A DNA stretch of 64,000 bases, taken from the sequence record MK774614.2; one strand, given 5' to 3'. The position numbers and the translations under genes are program-made. The notes under the pieces are model-generated. The model was not told the DNA's origin and did not search any database. It saw only the letters and a program-made list of their open reading frames with translations. Positions 57,681-64,000 of this stretch are shown here, in pieces. How positions within the stretch are numbered: position 1 is the stretch's first letter; the number at the start of each line of letters is the position of its first letter.

Positions 57681-58457
57681 ATGGGTTCTAACAATCAACA
57701 AGGTCAATTCCAACGTCGTCCGCAAACTCAGTTCAATGATTATCGTTATCCGATGCCCGCATCTGAAGCCCCTGTAGATGGTGCCAAGTACCCGGCTCGT
57801 TGGACCTGGGAAATGGGGTTGGATGGCAAAATCTATTTCAAAGTGAATGATGGTGTGTTTGGTAAAGACGATCGTAATGCCAAATCAAAAGAAGTTCACC
57901 TGTCCAACATGGATCGAAACGCGCTCTTTCAACTGATGCGTGAAGCATGTGACAATGCACAGTTTACTAAAGCACAATACCATGTAAAACAGATCACCTT
58001 TGGTCAAGGTGGACGTCTTAACGATCACCCGTCTACTCTGGGTATTTTTACAGTTATTCGTACCCAAGAAGGTAAGATCCAAGTTGGCTATACCAAAGGC
58101 ACTTACAAAGTCATGTTTGTCTTTAACTCTCCGTTTGAATCTATCATCATGGTTCAAAAGGACGGCGAAGCTCACGAAGACAAAGGTTTGATGTCCCGCG
58201 TTTATTGCAAAGCGTTTATTGAATATTCTACTAAGTTCCTGGATCAATACGAATGGGAACAATATAAGCCGCGGGAACGTAAGGATCAAGGCAATAACAA
58301 TAATGGTGGTAATAATAACCGTGGCGGTAATGGCGGTTGGAACAACAATCAAGGTGGCGGTAATAACTGGGGTGGTAACAATAACTCCGGTGGTAATCAA
58401 GGTGGTAACCGTAACGCTCCTCCAGCCGACTTTGACGATGATGATATTTCCTTCTGA
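57681..58457 (+). CDS. ChmC-like nucleic-acid-binding protein with G/N-rich tail and SSB-like acidic tip
   Basis: Directly upstream of the gp68-like gene; low-complexity GNNN tail; ends PPADFDDDDISF. Confidence 0.65.
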   Translation: MGSNNQQGQFQRRPQTQFNDYRYPMPASEAPVDGAKYPARWTWEMGLDGKIYFKVNDGVFGKDDRNAKSKEVHLSNMDRNALFQLMREACDNAQFTKAQYHVKQITFGQGGRLNDHPSTLGIFTVIRTQEGKIQVGYTKGTYKVMFVFNSPFESIIMVQKDGEAHEDKGLMSRVYCKAFIEYSTKFLDQYEWEQYKPRERKDQGNNNNGGNNNRGGNGGWNNNQGGGNNWGGNNNSGGNQGGNRNAPPADFDDDDISF

Positions 58458-58466
58458 AAGTCTCGA

Positions 58467-58553
58467 GTGTGTCCTGTATGTGGGACAAAAGGACCAAGGA
58501 TAACCGAACTTTATCCTAATGGTAAATGTGGCGGTTGTGGATATGAATTTTAA
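58467..58553 (+). CDS. Mini zinc-ribbon ORF (CPVC...CGGC), in frame with the ChmC-like gene past its TGA
   Basis: GTG 58467 gives 28 aa with only a weak RBS; below the ORF-track cutoff. Confidence 0.4.
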   Translation: MCPVCGTKGPRITELYPNGKCGGCGYEF

Positions 58554-58567
58554 ATAAAGGTAATCAC

Positions 58568-58696
58568 ATGTCGTGCTGTCCTAAATGTAAAGCCAAAGAA
58601 GTAGAAAAGAGTCATCCTCGAACTTACTATAAGTGCGGGAGCTCTGATTACGATCAACGATCAGGAACATTTAAGCAAGGAAAAGACTGCAAGTAG
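58568..58696 (+). CDS. 42-aa Cys-rich protein
   Basis: AAGGT RBS; MSCCPKCKAKEVEKSHPRTYYKCGSSDYDQRSGTFKQGKDCK; followed by a hairpin at ~58717-58745. Confidence 0.55.
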   Translation: MSCCPKCKAKEVEKSHPRTYYKCGSSDYDQRSGTFKQGKDCK

Positions 58697-58813
58697 TTGA
58701 TCTATTTCGTATAAAAGCTCAGAAGGGGAATCCCTTCTGAGCTCTATTATTTTTGCTGCTCCATAAATTTTGAAGTAGATATTATCTACAGGTATATACA
58801 CAGGAGAATTATT

Positions 58814-60412
58814 ATGCGTTATGATATCACGATGAGTGGTAAGCGTAGAATAGATAGTATCATCGTTTCACATGGTAATGAAAAGATCGAATTTCGTGGA
58901 ACAGCAACAGTCAATGGCGGAGATGCCACTCAAGAACTGTTCGAATTCCTAAACGAGTTCTTTGAAGGTTCTAACCCTGTTCAGATAGATAAGTTGTTTG
59001 ATCTCTTTAAACAAGGTAAACGAGTTCTTCAACCCGGTTATTTTGAAGAAGAAGAAACACACGATCTCATGAGCCTGCGAGCAAGTGGATTGGATTATCA
59101 ATTCCTGACCGAAAAACTACAAGCTATCATTAAGGAGATGTACGCGATTATTTCTCCTAATGACATTGCTTATGCTGCATCGGTCACAGGAAGAACAGTT
59201 GCACCCAAAGACCTGATGCAAATGGCCTCTCTTGGCGATTACCCAGAAGAGACTACCATTAATAATGAAAAGTATTCTGAACTGGTTAAACTGGCTTTTG
59301 CTGCCCAGTTAAGTTATCCGCTGGTCCACCAACTTCTTGATCAAATCAACGAAGTCACTGGGAAAGATTACCAGTACGCTGTAGCGGGTGGGATGATCTC
59401 GCACATTGGTTATCTTCCTGAGATGACTGGTTGGAAGATCATGGATACGTATATCCGTGCCTCCTGTGCCAGACAAGAAGCACGTCGTAATACATGTTCA
59501 GTTGTATCAGATGCGCGTTACGTCGATCACATTGTTAGTAAGGGGTTGTATAATAAACTGTGCTTGTCGTTTATCCCAAGCAAAGTAAAGGATAAAAACT
59601 TAAGCAAAGAGCTGAACAGTTTGGTTGAAGGAGAAATCCGAAAAGATCAAACCGTTAAGTTCACCAGTTTCTCAGAATCCCGTAAAGGATCTGAAGATCA
59701 ATCTATTCCAGAAAGTTACCGGATTGCGCAAGCAGTCAATGGAACAGATGAGTCAGCACTTTGCGAGTATTTCTCTTTTGGTATGTTTAATGAAAAGGAT
59801 GAACCAATCTATTCTGATTTCTTTAAACACCAAGCAATTGGATTAGGGATCCAAGACCAAGAGCTTGCAGAGAAACTGTACAATTCCCTTCCAACGGTGT
59901 GGAACTTCCGGTTTACCAATATTCAATATCAACTGCTCCAGTTGGTGTTTGTGGAGGACATCAATTACTACTTGTATCCGGCAATGGATTATCGTCAATT
60001 GCTGGCGGCGATTTGTTTGGCGCAAGTTAAACTCTTTGAAATGGGGTATGAGCGACTAGCTATTTTGTTGTGCGCGGTGCGCAATGAAAATGGACCCATG
60101 GCGTACATGGCAGATGAGTTCAAACTCAACACCAAAGAGCGTGAAGAGCTCTGCGCATTGTCCTATATGTACGATGGTCAGAACACCGCGACCACCGATA
60201 ACTATATGGTCATTGCCACACAAAGCTTCCTGGATGAATTAGCGGCATCCAGTTGGGAATCCAACATAGAACCTGGATTACTTGGCGATCGTGTTTTTGT
60301 TAATGCGATGTCATCAGGGGATATGTACTTAGTTGATCTGGTTCCGGAAATTAAGAAAGAACTTGTCGACTTCATCAAGAAAACTAATTCGATTGAAACT
60401 GTAGGAGAATAA
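58814..60412 (+). CDS. Non-virion RNAP promoter-specificity subunit (phiKZ gp68-like)
   Basis: 532 aa, early promoter at 58768, AGGAG RBS; size and position match gp68. Confidence 0.65.
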   Translation: MRYDITMSGKRRIDSIIVSHGNEKIEFRGTATVNGGDATQELFEFLNEFFEGSNPVQIDKLFDLFKQGKRVLQPGYFEEEETHDLMSLRASGLDYQFLTEKLQAIIKEMYAIISPNDIAYAASVTGRTVAPKDLMQMASLGDYPEETTINNEKYSELVKLAFAAQLSYPLVHQLLDQINEVTGKDYQYAVAGGMISHIGYLPEMTGWKIMDTYIRASCARQEARRNTCSVVSDARYVDHIVSKGLYNKLCLSFIPSKVKDKNLSKELNSLVEGEIRKDQTVKFTSFSESRKGSEDQSIPESYRIAQAVNGTDESALCEYFSFGMFNEKDEPIYSDFFKHQAIGLGIQDQELAEKLYNSLPTVWNFRFTNIQYQLLQLVFVEDINYYLYPAMDYRQLLAAICLAQVKLFEMGYERLAILLCAVRNENGPMAYMADEFKLNTKEREELCALSYMYDGQNTATTDNYMVIATQSFLDELAASSWESNIEPGLLGDRVFVNAMSSGDMYLVDLVPEIKKELVDFIKKTNSIETVGE

Positions 60413-60416
60413 GATA

Positions 60417-61949
60417 ATGCAACTTATCAGCGCAAAAGCCGGTCTGACCAACTACTACGTAAACCAAGTTCTGCGTAACAACCAAGTGGACATGTCCAAC
60501 AATGTGATCGACAACTTGGTGTCTGAAAACCTTTCGGGTGGTGTTTCTAAAGCAGCATTGATTAATGCCGCTGCAATGTCCGGGTGCCTCAACGCGCAAG
60601 CCAGTGATTTTGCTAACATTGTGGGTGGGTGGAACGATTCAAAGGGCCTGATGAAACTGGACTTTATTTGCGAACAGTCCCCGGTGAATGTTGTCTATAT
60701 GCACGTCATCGGCTACATTGTCAATAACGATGTGGAAGGTCTCTCTACCAATGCCAAGTTTGTTCCTCAGTTCTCTTGGAAAACCGAAGAGCTCCAGGTA
60801 GGGTCTGGTGATCTTTACAATCCAGTAACCACCAAACGTTCCATTGGGCATCGTGTTGACTATTTGCTTAACGATGGTTCTAACAGCAATAAACTGATCG
60901 GTCTTCGTCCAACTGACATCATTGAACTGGGGATCAATGAGGCAAATAAGGCAGACATCATCAAACAGATGGAAGAAGAAGGGCTGGTGGGGATGGCGCC
61001 GTCAATGTCAACTGCCAGCAGTGACATTAACCGTTTGGGAGTAGTGGCGTCTCGACGTTCTAACCTAAACCCTTCTCAGTTTGCCGCAGAAATGCTCAAC
61101 GCCGGGACAGATTACCAGCACCGTATTCGTAACTATCAAGGTAGTGGGTACGGGGGAGAAGCTGAGCTCTCTATCGGTGAAGGTATTGATGGCGAACTCT
61201 CCATGATCGCCCACGGTACAGGTCAACGTGAACCGGGTATTTTGCGGGATCAATTCTTCAGTGAAATGAATTCTGCACTGGGACAAGTCCGAATGAACGG
61301 TTTTAATGGTTATTCTATCGGAGATCTCATTTATATGTATGAGAACTTCGAAACCATTTTGGATTTGACCTTGTACGATAACAGCATGTTCACTCCGGCA
61401 GACTTTACCCAAACTGCACAAGTGATGGGGACGTCTTCTATTGGAGAGATCATTGCGCACCAGGTAATGTTCAACGTGGCTGACTTGTTAGTTCGTCATG
61501 GTCTTGCGGGTGTTTCATTCCGTGGATCCAACTGCGACGGATTTGGGGGAGACGACGATTTCAGTAACGTTATTCTTCTGCCATACGGTGGTGTTAGTTT
61601 GTCTAACGACGATTGGGGACTGGGTCCGAAAGTGGAGAACTTCTGTAATGATCTATCTAACCAGATCTTTGCAAGACTCAAGGGTGAGGGGTATAATACC
61701 ATGACCCCAGTACGTTTCGAAGTGTACGCTGAACTGTTTGGTTCCACCACCATTAACCTTCAGATCGTGGATGATGCAAATATCCAGTCTGGGTTCTCAA
61801 TGGACCAAACCGGTGCAATCGAAGGAATGAAACAATGGGTCTTCCCGACCTTTGCCATTAACAACGCCAGCTCTGTTGTGGGGACCAGTGACGTTGCGCT
61901 GATGAGTGGGGCCAACTTCCTGGATAACATCCGTAACTATTTCTCTTAA
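60417..61949 (+). CDS. PicA/Imp1-like nuclear import factor (phiKZ gp69-like)
   Basis: 510 aa immediately after the gp68-like gene; GWNDSKGLMKLDF segment; mostly synteny. Confidence 0.6.
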   Translation: MQLISAKAGLTNYYVNQVLRNNQVDMSNNVIDNLVSENLSGGVSKAALINAAAMSGCLNAQASDFANIVGGWNDSKGLMKLDFICEQSPVNVVYMHVIGYIVNNDVEGLSTNAKFVPQFSWKTEELQVGSGDLYNPVTTKRSIGHRVDYLLNDGSNSNKLIGLRPTDIIELGINEANKADIIKQMEEEGLVGMAPSMSTASSDINRLGVVASRRSNLNPSQFAAEMLNAGTDYQHRIRNYQGSGYGGEAELSIGEGIDGELSMIAHGTGQREPGILRDQFFSEMNSALGQVRMNGFNGYSIGDLIYMYENFETILDLTLYDNSMFTPADFTQTAQVMGTSSIGEIIAHQVMFNVADLLVRHGLAGVSFRGSNCDGFGGDDDFSNVILLPYGGVSLSNDDWGLGPKVENFCNDLSNQIFARLKGEGYNTMTPVRFEVYAELFGSTTINLQIVDDANIQSGFSMDQTGAIEGMKQWVFPTFAINNASSVVGTSDVALMSGANFLDNIRNYFS

Positions 61950-61998
61950 TCACCCGGCTTACTCTTTAACTCTTTAACTCTTTTATAGGACAAGAACA

Positions 61999-63489
61999 AT
62001 GAACGAATTGAACAAATTGTACGAAGCAATGCTCCTTTCTTGGAACGTCGTGTTTGACAGTGAATACGCGTTGATGTTGTCTATGGGTGGACAAGAACAT
62101 CCGGTTAAAGTGGACGATAAAAAGGTCTATCTGCCAACCGCTGATAACCTGGAAGGGATCACCATGGGGAAAGTGTTCTTTCACCCAGCATGTGAATCCA
62201 TCATGTCCAAGGAAACCGAGATCTTTAAGGTTATTCGTAAACTGACCTGTGCAAAGATCTATTCCACGTGGCAGCCGATTGCACAAGTCCTCTTTGCTGT
62301 AGCCGGTAAAAAGACAGGTAAAACGCTGTCTGATAAAATGATCGAAGTATTGGCGCCGTTTAAGAATGCCAGTAAGGAAGTCAAGCAACAATTGATTGAT
62401 CTGATCAAAGGTGTCGGTATCACACTGGACAGTAAAGGGATCGATAACCGTCTTATCTCCTTTAACATGAACAAAGGTGGAAAGGATGAAAACGATCGCC
62501 ACATTTATTGGACAGCTACTCCCGTTTACCCTTACTACAATGAGCTGTGTAAATTCATGCTCAAGAACCAAGGTGTCAATGGGGCGGATAAACTGAACTT
62601 TAATGGCAGTTCCGTTAGTCGCGATGCATTGATGCTCATGATGCATTTGTTGGAAGTCTGCTTCCCGTCAGCCAGTGATCCTGAAATGCACAGCTGTTAT
62701 GTGGTTTCACCCGACGCAGCTCGTCTTACCGCGTACCTGAACTCCTATGTGTTAGTTGCTCGTGGTCTGAACTCCCTGATCGGTAAACACCGTAAAGAGT
62801 TTGATTCAGCGGGTCAATACGGGATTGAAGTAGAGTGGTCAGTGGAACTCGATAACCTGGGTTCCCTGAAAGGCCTGATCCCGACCCTGGATTACAATAA
62901 CCATAACGTATCTACCAGCCATGAAGAAACCCAATCTAATAATGGTGTTTATAATGGTGTACTCAATACCGTAGGTGGTGGGAATAATGGTGGACAACCT
63001 CAGTCTCAACGGACTGTTGTTAACCCTCCGATTAAACCTGCTCCCCGTGGTAATGAAACCCACATTGGAACCGATTACATCGAGGCCAACGGTCTCTTTG
63101 AATATCGTTACCAAATGCCCAATGGACTGGAGCGTGTGGTGGCTGTTAACGAATCAGGTCAGCTGATCTCTGAAAACATCCGTAACCCGATGGCAAACAA
63201 CATGATGGCTGGAATGCCTAACATGGGAATGCTGGCTGGTAACTTGGATCCGCGTGTTCAAGCGGCACTCCTGCTAGCAGGCGCTGGTAATAGTGGTGTT
63301 CCGCCACTAATGGGGATGGGGAATGGAATGCCCGGCTTTGTACGTGATCCGTACACCGGACAACTGGTCCCTGCTCAGAACAACAATGGTAATGGTTGGG
63401 GAAATACCGCCCCGCAAGCCAACGGCTGGGGTGAACAACAAACCAACCCGATGGATACCATTGGTGGTTTGAACATCAACGGTTTCTAA
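61999..63489 (+). CDS. Conserved core protein (phiKZ gp70-like) with G/M/N-rich disordered tail
   Basis: 496 aa, GAGGA RBS; FFHPACES motif; synteny. Confidence 0.6.
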   Translation: MNELNKLYEAMLLSWNVVFDSEYALMLSMGGQEHPVKVDDKKVYLPTADNLEGITMGKVFFHPACESIMSKETEIFKVIRKLTCAKIYSTWQPIAQVLFAVAGKKTGKTLSDKMIEVLAPFKNASKEVKQQLIDLIKGVGITLDSKGIDNRLISFNMNKGGKDENDRHIYWTATPVYPYYNELCKFMLKNQGVNGADKLNFNGSSVSRDALMLMMHLLEVCFPSASDPEMHSCYVVSPDAARLTAYLNSYVLVARGLNSLIGKHRKEFDSAGQYGIEVEWSVELDNLGSLKGLIPTLDYNNHNVSTSHEETQSNNGVYNGVLNTVGGGNNGGQPQSQRTVVNPPIKPAPRGNETHIGTDYIEANGLFEYRYQMPNGLERVVAVNESGQLISENIRNPMANNMMAGMPNMGMLAGNLDPRVQAALLLAGAGNSGVPPLMGMGNGMPGFVRDPYTGQLVPAQNNNGNGWGNTAPQANGWGEQQTNPMDTIGGLNINGF

Positions 63490-63509
63490 TCACATAACGC
63501 ACATACTCG

Positions 63510-63537
63510 CCAGGGAAACCCAATTGGGTTTCCCTGG
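63510..63537. terminator. Bidirectional terminator
   Basis: CCAGGGAAACCC-aatt-GGGTTTCCCTGG between convergent genes. Confidence 0.75.
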
Positions 63538-63552
63538 CTTTATGTATACTCT

Positions 63553-63888
63553 TTATTCTCTAACGACTCGACTTACCTGTATGATCGATGTCACCACACT
63601 TTTATCCACTAACCAAATCCCTTTTAAATCAGAAAAGTCTTGATTAGGATTTTCTATCCCATTAATAAACGCATTTACCCAGATCATGTCTTCTGGAATG
63701 CTGGGATTTTCTCCTCCAATAGAACGCAGTAACTTATGGAAATTACCCCGATACGCATGTTTAATGGCCGGATTGTCAAAGGGTGCAAAACTTGCCCTTG
63801 CTAATATCATCTCTTTGCAAGAACGAATCACGACTTTAAATTCATCCGAATAAAAATATTCATTTCCAGGTGTTAATGAAATTGGCAT
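63553..63888 (-). CDS. Conserved hypothetical protein
   Basis: ATG 63888 preferred over the track's TTG 63933. Confidence 0.6.
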   Translation of the reverse strand: MPISLTPGNEYFYSDEFKVVIRSCKEMILARASFAPFDNPAIKHAYRGNFHKLLRSIGGENPSIPEDMIWVNAFINGIENPNQDFSDLKGIWLVDKSVVTSIIQVSRVVRE

Positions 63889-63928
63889 ATATAACAAACT
63901 CCGTATAATTTTACTGCTCTTATATAAA

Positions 63929-63951
63929 TACAAACCGATATTATCAATATG
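63929..63951 (+). promoter_or_regulatory. Early-type promoter for the gene starting at 63988 (truncated by the window edge)
   Basis: TACAAACCGATATTATCAATATG, then AGGA and ATG GAC ATT GAT. Confidence 0.55.
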
Positions 63952-64000
63952 TATAGTACAAGAGAGTTATTCAAATAGGATTAATAAATGGACATTGATA

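Noticed and set aside
58285-58410. GGTAATAAC-like DNA repeats
   Set aside because: Explained by the Gly/Asn low-complexity protein tail.
1-64000. Genome-wide stop-codon reassignment
   Set aside because: TAA, TAG and TGA all end bona fide genes (e.g. TGA at 9747 and 54098, TAG at 56858), gene density is high under the standard code, and there is no suppressor tRNA.

Overview
Complete-gene window from an AT-rich, nucleus-forming jumbo phage (phiKZ-like, Chimalliviridae). Left arm (1-19.5 kb): tail tube, sheath and three virion genes, large terminase carrying a class-3-type LAGLIDADG intein in its Walker A, a tailspike, a small Cys-His-Asp protease-like gene, thymidylate kinase and two more conserved genes. 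19.5-21.5 kb is ORF-free: two tRNAs (CAU and Leu-UAA) whose G19-C56 elbow pair is replaced by compensatory A-U and U-A pairs, dense hairpins, and a five-unit tandem array of ~110-145 nt multi-hairpin units. 21.5-39.8 kb is an early accessory region of short hypothetical genes, an HD-domain gene, a second tailspike and two related ORF-free elements. 39.9-64 kb is the nucleus core block: PhuZ tubulin, family-B DNA polymerase subunit, free-standing HNH endonuclease, chimallin, non-virion RNAP beta-prime N-subunit split by an ORF-less group I intron in its DFDGD motif, a coupled Tad1-like + Acb1-like anti-defence pair, SbcD-like nuclease, ChmC-like protein, and gp68-, PicA/gp69- and gp70-like genes. 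Family assignments come from motifs I recognise plus gene order, not from database searches. phiKZ gene numbers are positional inferences. All counts were made by hand. Host not determined.
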